From a virus: a DNA stretch of 64,000 nucleotides. The position numbers and the translations under genes are program-made. Where the stretch lies: IMG/VR virus record IMGVR_UViG_3300009503_000027, positions 1-64,000 of that record. One strand, given 5' to 3'. Positions within the stretch are counted from its first letter, which is position 1; each line of letters begins with the position of its first letter. Positions 48,294 to 58,384 of this stretch are shown piece after piece. The notes beneath the pieces are model-generated. The model made no database searches. It saw nothing but the letters and a program-made list of their open reading frames with translations, and was not told the DNA's origin.

Positions 48294-49309
48294 GGTGGCA
48301 ACTCCCCCGTCTCCAGAAGCCGCCGGATGTCCTGGTAGTACTTATGTATGAGCACCAGTACACTGGACTCCCCTTGGCATTTCTTGCCCAACAGGTTGTA
48401 CCAACTGCCCGACTTGGTCAGCAAGCGCCTCTTCTCAAACAGCCGCATGAGCATAACCGCATCCGTGATGAACGGGGCGCGCATCACGCTCTCCTTATCT
48501 TCCGGGTCAGGCACATCGGCGAAGTATATGGCATACATGCCCTTTCGCCCCATGGCGGGCATGTACTTGCACCTATCACACCGCCACTCCACGACAACCC
48601 CCCTAACTACCTCTGCGTCATCCTCTTTCGCCTTGATAGCGTATCCGCCTTGGGCGAGGCGTACCTGCAGTATGAGGGATGAATTGAACCTTTGCGCGTG
48701 CCCCCCAGGGAGTACATATGCTCCCGTCTGCGGGTCGCGGTAGGTCTGTTGGATAATCACCAGGGCTATCTTGGCCTTGGCGATGATATGTGTGACACGC
48801 CGGATCAAGGCATTGAGCGCTTTCGGGACATGGGCATAGCTTGTAGATTCCAGCATGGATCTGCCCGCGTCGTGGTGGCTAACGAGCGCCGTCGGGCCAT
48901 CAATAACTATAAGGCTGACGGGTGGATTAACGGTAGCCGCCTCATAGACCACGTCCGCCGCAGCCTCGATCGTCTCCACGCTCTCCACGATACCAATCCT
49001 GTCAGGATTGACGCCCCAGGCCTGCACCCAAGGAGCCTGAAGACGCTTCTCGCAATCTATCCAGATGGCCTCTGCCTCTGGATTGGCCGCAAGAGCGTTA
49101 AGGACGAGGCTTGTCTTCCCGGTATCGGGGGGCCCGTAGATGACGGTTATACGCCCGCGGGGAATGCCCCCGAAGCTCTCGTCAAGGGTAACCAGTCCCC
49201 AGGAGAGGAACTCCAGCGGGGGCAGATCCGCCATCCGCTTGACAACTCCACGCTTTATCAGATCATCCAGCGGCAGTGTTGTCACCTTCTCTGACTGAGG
49301 ACTGCCCAA
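48272..49309 (-). CDS. recA: RecA/UvsX-like recombinase
   Basis: GGIPRGRITVIYGPPDTGKT, IDCE, PGG.A..F, KSGSWY...CQG. Confidence 0.92.
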   Translation of the reverse strand: MGSPQSEKVTTLPLDDLIKRGVVKRMADLPPLEFLSWGLVTLDESFGGIPRGRITVIYGPPDTGKTSLVLNALAANPEAEAIWIDCEKRLQAPWVQAWGVNPDRIGIVESVETIEAAADVVYEAATVNPPVSLIVIDGPTALVSHHDAGRSMLESTSYAHVPKALNALIRRVTHIIAKAKIALVIIQQTYRDPQTGAYVLPGGHAQRFNSSLILQVRLAQGGYAIKAKEDDAEVVRGVVVEWRCDRCKYMPAMGRKGMYAIYFADVPDPEDKESVMRAPFITDAVMLMRLFEKRRLLTKSGSWYNLLGKKCQGESSVLVLIHKYYQDIRRLLETGELPPWAEEHA

Positions 49310-49547
49310 TCTGCCACCGTTCCCCGGTCTTCGGATCCTCCACGCTGAACGTCACCGTAAATCCCAAGGCCCCGGCGATAACGCACAGTTCTTGCAGCCG
49401 GATGAGGGTAGGCTTGCGTACCAGCTTGCTTAGGCGCGACCGGGTGAGCCCGGTCCGGCGGCAAAGTTCGTCGTGGCCCATCTGCTGCACGCGCTCATGG
49501 CGTAGCAGGCCCTCGGCTAGCTGAGCCGTCTTTGTTCGATACTGCAT
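49263..49547 (-). CDS. XRE-family HTH protein
   Basis: ELCRRTGLTRSRLSKL...L..IAGALG. Confidence 0.75.
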   Translation of the reverse strand: MQYRTKTAQLAEGLLRHERVQQMGHDELCRRTGLTRSRLSKLVRKPTLIRLQELCVIAGALGFTVTFSVEDPKTGERWQIGQSSVREGDNTAAG

Positions 49548-51648
49548 AATCGTTCCTCCGGCCTTCTGCCAGGCCCCGCGCCTGACGCTCGAGGCGCTGG
49601 TCCTCAATGATGTACTGCGCTTCCAGTTCTACGCCAACGGGCAACGGCCCGGGTTCCACCCAATAGACAGCAGGCGTATAGAGCATAGACTGGGCGGGGG
49701 CGAGGGGCCACTCTTCCCCGTAGCGGTTCTTGGTGATCTTTGCTACGATCTCCAGTGGCTGCCCGGGCTTAGGATACCGCCTCCGGAGGGTGACCTCGTA
49801 ATCCGTTTGCGCCTCGCCCCCGAACATCGCCCCTGCCTCGCCGATATCGGCTATGCGGCTAGAAGCGCGATGGCGGGCCACCTGGCGCAGGACTACCACA
49901 AAGGTGTTGAGGACGCCCGCCATCGTCTGGGCATCCTTAATGACCTCCATCATATGCATGAAGCTTTCCTTCTGCTGAGACCTTGCCAGTTCGAGGTAGT
50001 CCACGAAGACGAAGTCTACTTTCCGGCCGATATGATCAACCTCTATTTGCCGGACTGCCGCCTCAACCTCCTGAACCGTTGTTGGGCCGTGCAGGAAATA
50101 GACATTCGTGCGCATCATATCGGCCACCAAGTCATGCGTTACCGTCCAGGCTTCCTCATTCTCTCTCAGTTTAGATAGTACCCGCGCCGGCGTCGTACAA
50201 ACATCTTTTTCTACGTACCCTGCACGGGCGGCAATATTGATTGCAGCCCGCAGGATGATATCGGCCGGCGAAGGCTCGAAGCCGACGACGACTATGCCCG
50301 GCGGAGATGCAGTCCCCAGTAGGTTGAGCACCAACTGCACCATGAGCGCCGTTTTGCCGATGCCTGCCCGGCCGACAATATGCATGATCTTCCCAGGGAT
50401 CAAGTCGATATGTTCATCAAGTACAGGGAAGCCGAGGGAGTAAGGGGCGCGGGTGGCAAAGCTATCAACAATTGCTTCCAGGCTCTGCCAAGCGTCATCA
50501 ACGCTATATACCGGGAGGCTGCTTCTGCCACGGGCAGTGAGAAATTGCCGGGCTACAACTGGCTCGATCTTCCACGCCTCGGCTACGATTTGTTCTATCT
50601 GGCCCCGTAGCGCGGGACTCGCAGAGGCATAGACATGCCGAAGGGAGCGTTCGGCTTCCTCTCTAGGGCGCTCTAGTAAGGACCTGGTCTGCCACAGTTC
50701 GAGTGGCATGACGGAGGATATTTGCTCTTTAAGCGTCCCTGCCACCAACGACTCGTTCGCGTCCTTCTCCCGCAAGACGAGCACAGACACCGGCCCGGAG
50801 TACTCCTTGCGGAGCACAGCTGCATTACGATGGGCCTTTTCAATGCCTTCACCGGTTGTATCGGGGCAGAGGATGATATGCGGGTCTTTGAAGATGTGAA
50901 GGATTGCCGCAACCTGGGAGACACCCAGGAAGCCCATGTGGGCAACCGCCGCTACCCCGCACTGCCAGAGTGAGATCGCATCATAGGGCCCCTCGACCAG
51001 GTACAGCTTGCCATCATAACGAAGCCGGGCTTGCGCCAGGCCCCAGACGGCTTCGCTACGCTTGAAATACTCCGTTGCTTTAGTTTCATACTTAGGACCG
51101 TCTTCGGGCGACTTGCCACGGGACAGGCGGTAAGCCGCAGCCCGACGAAGGTCATCATTCCAGTTGTGGAACTGCCACCCAATGTGGTGACCGTACCTGT
51201 CCGTCACGGGCAGGACAATCTGCCCGGTGCGGAAGACACCTACATGATAGGCCTTCAGCGCATCGTCAGAAATCCCACGCGAACGCAGGTACTCGAGAAC
51301 CGCGTTGTTCTCCCAAAGGGCGGCATGCCATTGGTGTGCCGCCGCCTCCAGCTGCTGGTACCGATTGAACCGCCGCTGGGCCTCTTCTGCATTCAGCTCA
51401 ACTCCCACGGTGGGGGCAAGCTGGACCAAGGCCTCATAAGGCGAGATGCCCCGGACATGGGCTACCCAGTCGAAGACGTCACCTGACTTGCCGCAGCCGA
51501 AACAATAGAAATGGTCCTGATAGATATGGCAGGATGGTGTCTTTTCCGTATGGAATGGGCAGAGGACCTTATCACGCTTTAGCTCATGAGACTGGGCAAC
51601 AACCTGCCGCAAGTCGAGACGTAAACGTACCTCATCCCAAGGAAGCAT
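49495..51648 (-). CDS. Primase-helicase (CHC2 Zn finger, Toprim, DnaB-like helicase)
   Basis: CPFH.EKTPS...CFGC, LVEGPYD, KDANE, GRAGIGKT, VDYL, KNRYG. Confidence 0.93.
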   Translation of the reverse strand: MLPWDEVRLRLDLRQVVAQSHELKRDKVLCPFHTEKTPSCHIYQDHFYCFGCGKSGDVFDWVAHVRGISPYEALVQLAPTVGVELNAEEAQRRFNRYQQLEAAAHQWHAALWENNAVLEYLRSRGISDDALKAYHVGVFRTGQIVLPVTDRYGHHIGWQFHNWNDDLRRAAAYRLSRGKSPEDGPKYETKATEYFKRSEAVWGLAQARLRYDGKLYLVEGPYDAISLWQCGVAAVAHMGFLGVSQVAAILHIFKDPHIILCPDTTGEGIEKAHRNAAVLRKEYSGPVSVLVLREKDANESLVAGTLKEQISSVMPLELWQTRSLLERPREEAERSLRHVYASASPALRGQIEQIVAEAWKIEPVVARQFLTARGRSSLPVYSVDDAWQSLEAIVDSFATRAPYSLGFPVLDEHIDLIPGKIMHIVGRAGIGKTALMVQLVLNLLGTASPPGIVVVGFEPSPADIILRAAINIAARAGYVEKDVCTTPARVLSKLRENEEAWTVTHDLVADMMRTNVYFLHGPTTVQEVEAAVRQIEVDHIGRKVDFVFVDYLELARSQQKESFMHMMEVIKDAQTMAGVLNTFVVVLRQVARHRASSRIADIGEAGAMFGGEAQTDYEVTLRRRYPKPGQPLEIVAKITKNRYGEEWPLAPAQSMLYTPAVYWVEPGPLPVGVELEAQYIIEDQRLERQARGLAEGRRNDYAVSNKDGSASRGPATP

Positions 51649-51712
51649 GTAGTGCCTCCTGCTTCAATTCACTAGATACGGAGGCCGGGGGCCTCCAGGT
51701 GAGCGAGCAGCC

Positions 51713-52033
51713 TCAGCCGATAAGCCCGTCGGCCTTCAGGCGGGCAAGGATAGCCTCTACTTGTGCTTCATCTACTGTGCAACCCAGGAGCTCTTCTGCT
51801 TTGGCGACTGCCAGCCGCAGCTTCTGCTTCCCCTGCACTTCCGCCTGGGCTTCGGCCCAAAAGATAGCCGCCTCAATCGCCTGCCGCACCGCGTCATTCT
51901 GGACGTTCGCTGCAGCAGCCTTGGCCTTAGCGAACACCCACTGGACAGCGGCAACGATCAGCACGAGCACCCCTAGCAGGGCCCCTGCCTCAAGCAAGTG
52001 TAATGCCTCCTGCAACGCGGCTTGCATCATCAA
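51713..52033 (-). CDS. LL-H-family holin-like protein
   Basis: One TM, then A..WAE....G.QK...A...IE/VEA; upstream TATAAT and GAGG. Confidence 0.6.
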   Translation of the reverse strand: MMMQAALQEALHLLEAGALLGVLVLIVAAVQWVFAKAKAAAANVQNDAVRQAIEAAIFWAEAQAEVQGKQKLRLAVAKAEELLGCTVDEAQVEAILARLKADGLIG

Positions 52034-52083
52034 TCACCTCGATGATCTATTATACCCCGGAGCGCGGGGAACACAACACGTAT

Positions 52084-52590
52084 TTACAGCCGCTCCTCCG
52101 GATCTAGGGCGCCCTGGCCACAGAGGGCGGCCCGTTCGCCTTCGGCACGCCCCAGTAGGTACATCATGGCGGCATAATACTGGGATATACAGACTGCTAC
52201 CTCGGCCATCTCTAGCTCTTCCTCTGTCACCTCGGTGTCATTCCGGTGCGAGGCCCACAAGAGGAAGGGCCACATGATTACATTCAGTTCGGGGCAATTC
52301 TCCAGGACAGGATTAATGGCCTTTTGCAGCTTCTCCAGGGGCAGTCCACCCCATGAGTCACGGATAGCTTCCATGACAGCTTCGGGGCTATAGCCCTCCA
52401 GCGCCAGGCGTGCATCGAACTCCTCTATGCTGCGGCGGGTTGCTTTCGCCCAACGCTCAGCGTAGGCCAGCGCACGCCGTGGCGGGCAAAACTGTACCCT
52501 CCTGAGCCACCGCTCCTCAACCCAAGTAGCCAAGGAAGCCCCTACCACAACTATACCCATGCCTATCAACATACCCCAAAGAAGCATCAT
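52084..52590 (-). CDS. Hypothetical membrane-anchored protein
   Basis: N-terminal TM, ATGA coupling. Confidence 0.6.
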   Translation of the reverse strand: MMLLWGMLIGMGIVVVGASLATWVEERWLRRVQFCPPRRALAYAERWAKATRRSIEEFDARLALEGYSPEAVMEAIRDSWGGLPLEKLQKAINPVLENCPELNVIMWPFLLWASHRNDTEVTEEELEMAEVAVCISQYYAAMMYLLGRAEGERAALCGQGALDPEERL

Positions 52591-52994
52591 TGCCCAGTCT
52601 CCTCGTCGTGGAAGTCCACGCCATCTACACTCGGGCGCAATAGCTCCCCTGCAAAGAACGCAGAGGTACGCAGCCCATCCCTACATACAGGCGCGACTGG
52701 CGTGTAATAAAGCCTAGGATGGGTTCGCATGGCATACCGGCAATGGCAAAGCTTTACTAGCACGACACCGGTCTTGCCGGTCAGGTAGACGTCTGAGTGC
52801 ACCGGGTCCCAGCCATCGGACAGCCGGCCAGAGACAACCAGTACGGGATGCGACTCGCCACCTGCCTCCACATACCGAAGCATTATTATATCAGGCCGAG
52901 CATACTTATCAACCGCACCATAGACGAGGACAAATAAGAGCCAAGGTGCTGCCAGGAGCGCAACTATGCCTACTCTACGTGCCCGCTCACTCAT
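52587..52994 (-). CDS. Hypothetical membrane-anchored protein
   Basis: N-terminal TM. Confidence 0.6.
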   Translation of the reverse strand: MSERARRVGIVALLAAPWLLFVLVYGAVDKYARPDIIMLRYVEAGGESHPVLVVSGRLSDGWDPVHSDVYLTGKTGVVLVKLCHCRYAMRTHPRLYYTPVAPVCRDGLRTSAFFAGELLRPSVDGVDFHDEETGQ

Positions 52995-53006
52995 CTGCCC
53001 TCGCCC

Positions 53007-53252
53007 CTACACGGACGTATTAGAGCGCTCACGCGCGCGCTCTTCTGCTTGGAGGCTATTCCAGAGTGCTATGCGCAAGTCAGCTACCTGACGCTTCCGT
53101 TCTACATTCTCGCGCTCTAGCTCCCCGACACGCGCCGCTAGACGTGAGACCTGGGCAATATATTGTGCCTCCTGGGAGCGCCAGGCGAACACTAAAAGCA
53201 GCATCCCCCAGATAATGCCACCGATGAACGCAAGAACGTATCCATAGATCAC
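53007..53252 (-). CDS. TM + coiled-coil protein
   Basis: GAGG SD, TM segment. Confidence 0.6.
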   Translation of the reverse strand: MIYGYVLAFIGGIIWGMLLLVFAWRSQEAQYIAQVSRLAARVGELERENVERKRQVADLRIALWNSLQAEERARERSNTSV

Positions 53253-53265
53253 TTGCCAATCACCT

Positions 53266-53463
53266 CTACTTGGCAGGGCTCCACCAATGAAAGACGTCCA
53301 CTACTAGGCAGTATAGCAGCAGGAACCAAATGGCTAACACCACCGTGGAGATAATGCCCACAGTGAGCACCCACAAAACTGCGCCAACGATAGCAGCCAG
53401 GGCCCCGAGGACTGTCTCGAGGAAGATGACGATCTTGCCCAACCAGGGCCATATACCTTTCAT
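53266..53463 (-). CDS. Small membrane protein
   Basis: Two TM segments, ATGA coupling. Confidence 0.55.
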   Translation of the reverse strand: MKGIWPWLGKIVIFLETVLGALAAIVGAVLWVLTVGIISTVVLAIWFLLLYCLVVDVFHWWSPAK

Positions 53464-54395
53464 TGTAGGTCCCAGAGATCCGAGGTGCTCTCTCTAGTCC
53501 ATTGTACCCACTGGTCTTCGTCTTTACACAGGTCGCGGCAAAAATATTTCGTCAACTGGCAGCCGAAGAGAGGCCCGTAATCTGCTACACGGACGCAGTT
53601 TTCGGGCCGTATATGTTGCTTCCAGAGAAGGTAGCGGGGAGCAAGAGTGCCCCGACGCGCATGACAGACAGCTATCAGGTCGGGCATCCCTAGGCCACTA
53701 TAAGTGCCCGCCTGGACAACCTGTACAGGAATGATAGCCCCACAAGCCTGGGGGGCAGTCGTTATCCATGCCCAGGGGTCATCGCGACTACTAATGTAAT
53801 CAACTGCCCGCCGGGCAATTTCATCCAGGGGGGCATTGCGCCAGTCGGTGACACGTAGACGCAGAAAGAAGCCCGCTATCCACTCGTCGGGTACGTCTCC
53901 CCACCAGGGACCTTCTAGGAGACGTACAGCAGCAAACATCCGCCGCATCATCTCCGGCCATAAGGCATGCCTATGCGATAGGCAGTCGAGACCATACCGG
54001 CGCTGCATCTCCTTGACAACATCCTGCCACGTCCGGGGGGCAGTAATCGTATCCCCTGCATCCTGCCCCGCCTCCGCCACCACCTCAAAGGCATCTGCAT
54101 ATCCAAGAAATGCAGAACCTTCCCCCCGCCGGTACTCGGTATAACGCTCATCTACATCTACTATACACAATGCCCGCTGGATGACATTACGCACCTCGTC
54201 GGGGCCGAGCCCTAGCTTGTTGTGCCAGAACACTAGGCGAACGTCCCGCTCGGTAGGCGGAACGAAGGTGTTATAGTACCTGCCCACCGTCTCCTGCCAA
54301 GCCGCAAGAAGCGGGTTAATCCTCAGCTTGACGGCGGCACTACGCTTCTTCTTCGGCGCTTCCTCTACTTCGTGCCACCCGGGGATGTCTTCCAT
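53460..54395 (-). CDS. Hypothetical protein
   Basis: 311-aa ORF in operon. Confidence 0.65.
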   Translation of the reverse strand: MEDIPGWHEVEEAPKKKRSAAVKLRINPLLAAWQETVGRYYNTFVPPTERDVRLVFWHNKLGLGPDEVRNVIQRALCIVDVDERYTEYRRGEGSAFLGYADAFEVVAEAGQDAGDTITAPRTWQDVVKEMQRRYGLDCLSHRHALWPEMMRRMFAAVRLLEGPWWGDVPDEWIAGFFLRLRVTDWRNAPLDEIARRAVDYISSRDDPWAWITTAPQACGAIIPVQVVQAGTYSGLGMPDLIAVCHARRGTLAPRYLLWKQHIRPENCVRVADYGPLFGCQLTKYFCRDLCKDEDQWVQWTRESTSDLWDLQ

Positions 54396-56221
54396 AAGTA
54401 TCCCTCGCTGAAAATCGCCGCGTCACCTACAGAGTCTACCCATTCGCGGAGCTCCCAAAACGTGTCATCGTAATCATCACAATCCGCCAGTTCGCACAAA
54501 TGTTCGACCGCGGCGGATATCGTCCACGGGCCGAGATCCTTCGTCGCGGCCTTCTCGGCCCAATAGTGTATCAGCGTGCGGACCGAAGCACTATGACCTG
54601 CATAATACGGTACCCGGTCTTGCCAATCCTCTTCGGGGGCCCACTTCGCGCTGCGTCGAACTAATGTTCGACGCGCGGCGAGTATATACTTGACCATGCG
54701 ATATACGTGCCGGCACTTCCCACCGAAGGCGCGGCAATGACACGCACCGGCGGCACCAAGACGTAGGTAGCAATGACGAGGTAGGTAGCGTACCCTCTGG
54801 TACATCAGTAGGTCCGCAAAGGGGCAGCCCCAATCCGGTAAGCTGCCATCATCATCCAGTACCCACTTAGCCATGAACCGGGCCTCTGCCAACGGTAGGG
54901 GTTGACGCCCAACGGAACGGTGAGGCCCGGCCGTTGCGCCCCCCGGTGCCCCTCCCAACCCCCGGCGGCATGTACTTACCAACCCCTCTAAACATACGGG
55001 GACGTCAGTCCCCGATAGTGCACGATCACTTGTGTGCTCTAGGACTGTTTTTTCTGTTCTATTATTACCCACGTCCCGGTGGGCTCCCACGCGACTATAA
55101 TTAACCCCTAAACTACTCTTTAAATACGTATTGGTCAATACAGTATAGTAGGTCTTTTTTGGTTGCTGTCGTGATTGGGAGACCAAAGAAAAGAGCGGGT
55201 TCCATTGCCACCGGGCGTATTCCTCCTCACGTTCTGCCAGGGCCAGCCGCAAGGGCATGTCCGTTGCGATATGGAAGAGCATGTTCTGTACGCGGCACAT
55301 GTAGGGGGAGGAGATGTCGACTGCCGCCCGTGGCAAGCCTATCCCGTAGGCGGTCCGTTCCTTCGGGAGGGGTATCGGCTGGTATTGCCTCTTAGGCCTG
55401 TGCGGGAAGGCATCGTAGCGGAGTTTGCGGCAGCGGGCGGCAAGAACCTGAGCAGGCCGGTGGCCGCTCAGCGCGGGGCACTCGCCGGAAGATGGGGCGG
55501 GGGAGGTTCCCGCCACGGAGGACCCACGGGAGGGGGATGGGTCCTGAACGACGCGTTGCCGGCGCCGCCGCCGCAACTCCAAAGATTCCTTCTTCATCTT
55601 ACGAGCCTGCTCTTTGACCTCCTGGGGGAGGTTCTCTAGCCGGCTCCTGCGCCTTTCATACCAACCCCGGTCGTAAAGGGGCTTTGGGCCCTTGTTGATC
55701 CAGTAGGCGTACCGCTTGCGCCCCGTGATGGGGTTGGTGACGCGTTCCCTATGCAGATAGCCCCGGTTGGTGAGCTTGAGCAGTATAAGCCGGGCCGCCT
55801 TGACTGGTATGTTAAGGTAGTCTGCCACCCGGGCGGCAGTACAGTAATTCTTCTTGCTAAGGAAGCGAACCGATATGTAGACTGCCGCCGTGCAGCCGCG
55901 TAGCCCCGGTGGCCGGGTGGGCTTCTTCCGGCGCCTGTAGAAACGTGCACGCCAGTTGAGACACACAGGCTCTTGTAAAGGAGCGTCGCATTCTACCTGT
56001 TCCGGCGGCAAGACCTCATACTGTGTCTTCTGGGCATGTATGCGCTTAGTGCCGCTGATGACACCTTGCTTCTTTAGACGCTTGAAGGCGTATTCTGCCT
56101 CCGACTTCGAGACACCTAGGTACCGCGCACAGTCCCGTATGGAGGGCTGGTCGTGCAGCAACGTGAATAGAAGCTGATAAACTTGCGCATCAATACCCTG
56201 TAGGTAGATTTTATCGCTCAC
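54365..56221 (-). CDS. Putative replication initiator-like protein (tandem HTH, SWIM-like Zn finger)
   Basis: PSIRDCARYLGVSKS and TAARVADYLNIP HTHs; CHC...CRH; AT-rich linker. Confidence 0.55.
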   Translation of the reverse strand: MSDKIYLQGIDAQVYQLLFTLLHDQPSIRDCARYLGVSKSEAEYAFKRLKKQGVISGTKRIHAQKTQYEVLPPEQVECDAPLQEPVCLNWRARFYRRRKKPTRPPGLRGCTAAVYISVRFLSKKNYCTAARVADYLNIPVKAARLILLKLTNRGYLHRERVTNPITGRKRYAYWINKGPKPLYDRGWYERRRSRLENLPQEVKEQARKMKKESLELRRRRRQRVVQDPSPSRGSSVAGTSPAPSSGECPALSGHRPAQVLAARCRKLRYDAFPHRPKRQYQPIPLPKERTAYGIGLPRAAVDISSPYMCRVQNMLFHIATDMPLRLALAEREEEYARWQWNPLFSLVSQSRQQPKKTYYTVLTNTYLKSSLGVNYSRVGAHRDVGNNRTEKTVLEHTSDRALSGTDVPVCLEGLVSTCRRGLGGAPGGATAGPHRSVGRQPLPLAEARFMAKWVLDDDGSLPDWGCPFADLLMYQRVRYLPRHCYLRLGAAGACHCRAFGGKCRHVYRMVKYILAARRTLVRRSAKWAPEEDWQDRVPYYAGHSASVRTLIHYWAEKAATKDLGPWTISAAVEHLCELADCDDYDDTFWELREWVDSVGDAAIFSEGYLWKTSPGGTK

Positions 56222-56224
56222 ATC

Positions 56225-56689
56225 CTACCGCCCCTCAAGGAAGGCTTGTTGTTCCTCCGGCGGCAATGCCAAGAACCGCCGGATTATCTCGCGTAGCAAG
56301 TCCGTTGTATGGACTGGCCCCGCGTCTATGAATTCTATCATAGTGCCGAGTTCTATGCAAGTACTTTTTTCTGGAATATTTTTGCCCTTCCAGTCGGCGC
56401 CCTTGACGAACACATCCGGCCGGAGGCGTCGTATAAGCTCAGTGGGCGTAGGCTCTTCGAAGATGATTACATCTGCCACGGCACGGTGGGCACTGAGGGC
56501 TGCTGCCCGCGCCTCTGCAGGGAGGCAAGCATACCACTTCAACCGGCGGGTGACTTCATCGCCATTGATGCCTACCAGGAGGTCATGCTCGGGATAAAGG
56601 GCACTAATCGTGCTTAGTAGCGCAAAGTGATGTGCGGTGGGCAATGCGAACACCCCGGTTGTAAGAACCCTTTTACGGCCTGTCATCAT
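56225..56689 (-). CDS. HldE/RfaE domain II-like (heptose-1-P adenylyltransferase) cytidylyltransferase family
   Basis: VLTTGVF, LLVGINGD...RLK, R...L, V.IFEEPTPTELIRRLRPDVFVKGADW, HTT. Confidence 0.85.
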   Translation of the reverse strand: MMTGRKRVLTTGVFALPTAHHFALLSTISALYPEHDLLVGINGDEVTRRLKWYACLPAEARAAALSAHRAVADVIIFEEPTPTELIRRLRPDVFVKGADWKGKNIPEKSTCIELGTMIEFIDAGPVHTTDLLREIIRRFLALPPEEQQAFLEGR

Positions 56690-56861
56690 AGATGCTCCAT
56701 GAGTGCAGTTGGGGAGAGCCCCCGGCTGCTGGGCAGTAGATGGGGCGCGCATTATGTTGTCTGCGGGGGACTCTCCCCGTGTCATTCCAGGTGTCCGCGT
56801 TGACTAAAAGCGTTTGGACGCGAAATGCGCCCGAAGAACGGCGTTACCACGCCGGTTCTTC

Positions 56862-57212
56862 CTAGTCCCAACCCCTGCAGCCACAATAGAAGCCATCGTA
56901 TTCGGCGGGGCCGCGGGGCACAAAATGGTCGCAGTACTTGTTGGGATGGGCCTCGATGTACATGCCACATTTGCACTTCTTTGTTGCGTATGGGCTGCCC
57001 GGCCCGCGCCACTCGAAGAATGGCAGGTCGAAGCTACTTGGGCGCAGCTTGCCGCAGTACTTGCATTGGGCCTGCCGGCCACTAAGATCCGGAAGCTCTG
57101 CTACCTCCATTGCGCCCGAGTCAAGCCCTAGGCAGATTGGGCATGCCGGCCGGCCTGTCTTCGTGTCGGTGGCTATCCCAAGGTGGCCACATTTCATCAT
57201 CGGTGCTATCAT
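56862..57212 (-). CDS. Cys-rich Zn-binding protein
   Basis: Multiple CxxC motifs, YCGCRGWD end, GAGGAG SD. Confidence 0.7.
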   Translation of the reverse strand: MIAPMMKCGHLGIATDTKTGRPACPICLGLDSGAMEVAELPDLSGRQAQCKYCGKLRPSSFDLPFFEWRGPGSPYATKKCKCGMYIEAHPNKYCDHFVPRGPAEYDGFYCGCRGWD

Positions 57213-57307
57213 TGTACCGTCTCCTCTGCCCTAGGGGGAGAGGGGAATGGGCCACTCTCCTCTCCCCCATTAGGCTTCCTATCACTTCTAGGGTTATTAT
57301 ACCCAAC

Positions 57308-58384
57308 TTAGCGCCGAACATGCACACTATGTTTGTCTACGCCTAGCCAAATGCTGATAGCCCCCAGGTCTGCAGGGGGCAAGCCCATCTCCGCTGGATA
57401 GCCCCTGTGCTTGAGAAAGGATGGTAACAATACCCTGTGTTGGCCATAGGCTACTACGAGGCCCTGTTCGTTGGGGCCGAAGCGGATGTCGCGCCAAGCC
57501 ATCTCTTGATGCAAGTGCCCCACCGTCACGATATCTGCGTTTGTGGTTGCAGCTATCCGGTCGGCACGGGAGACTTTTGCGCCCCGCGTCTGGGAAGCTC
57601 CCGCCCCATGATGGTGGTAATGGGTGTACATCTGCTTGACCTTGCCATTGATGATTAGCTTATATGTGAGATGGCCCTCGTAGCCCCAGAAAGGCAGGCC
57701 GAGCCGGTTGGCAAGCTCCTCCGAAGGATCCAGGTTTGCTTGTAAGAGGCGTGTGATGCGGCGGTCGTGGTTTCCTGTGAAGATGGCGATACCCTGGCTG
57801 GTGATAGGCCGTAGCCGCATGGTTAGTAGGTCTAGGGCTTCATTGAGTTCGCAGAACTGTTCGCGTAGGAGGCCTGGGCTTCCTGTTGTGGCCAGGTCGA
57901 AGTTGTCCCCGCCCAGGAACCATCGTGCTGTTGGGGTAGCGGCTATCCATTCCACCAGTTCGACGAACCGCTTGTAGTCGCAGTGCTTGCTGCCCAGATG
58001 TAGGTCTGAGATGGGAACGAGGCAGACTTCCTTTGTCCCACGGGGCACTTTCCATTCATATTCCAGGACTCTTTCTTGGGCTTCTGATTGTTCGAGGTAC
58101 TCCGCATCGAGGTCTTCCACCGTGCGTGCATCCGAGAAACGCTCGTTGCGCTGGAACATTATGGACTTCCGCCCTGTATGCTTCCCATGGCAGCCTAGCC
58201 CCAGCTTCCGGAAACAGTGCTGCATTGTGGAGGGCGAGAGGCCCACCCATTCGGCGGCAAGTTTAGCATTCCCATGGAAGCGCTGATGGAGAAGCAAGCC
58301 GCCTATCTCGTAGCCTCCTAGCATCTGCCATACTTGCCCCCCAACCCCGCGTAGTGCATCCCAATCTATCTTGTCGGCTTTCAT
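57308..58384 (-). CDS. Metallophosphoesterase with N-terminal HTH
   Basis: SDLHLG, GGD, GNHD, HHG, GHLH. Confidence 0.9.
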   Translation of the reverse strand: MKADKIDWDALRGVGGQVWQMLGGYEIGGLLLHQRFHGNAKLAAEWVGLSPSTMQHCFRKLGLGCHGKHTGRKSIMFQRNERFSDARTVEDLDAEYLEQSEAQERVLEYEWKVPRGTKEVCLVPISDLHLGSKHCDYKRFVELVEWIAATPTARWFLGGDNFDLATTGSPGLLREQFCELNEALDLLTMRLRPITSQGIAIFTGNHDRRITRLLQANLDPSEELANRLGLPFWGYEGHLTYKLIINGKVKQMYTHYHHHGAGASQTRGAKVSRADRIAATTNADIVTVGHLHQEMAWRDIRFGPNEQGLVVAYGQHRVLLPSFLKHRGYPAEMGLPPADLGAISIWLGVDKHSVHVRR

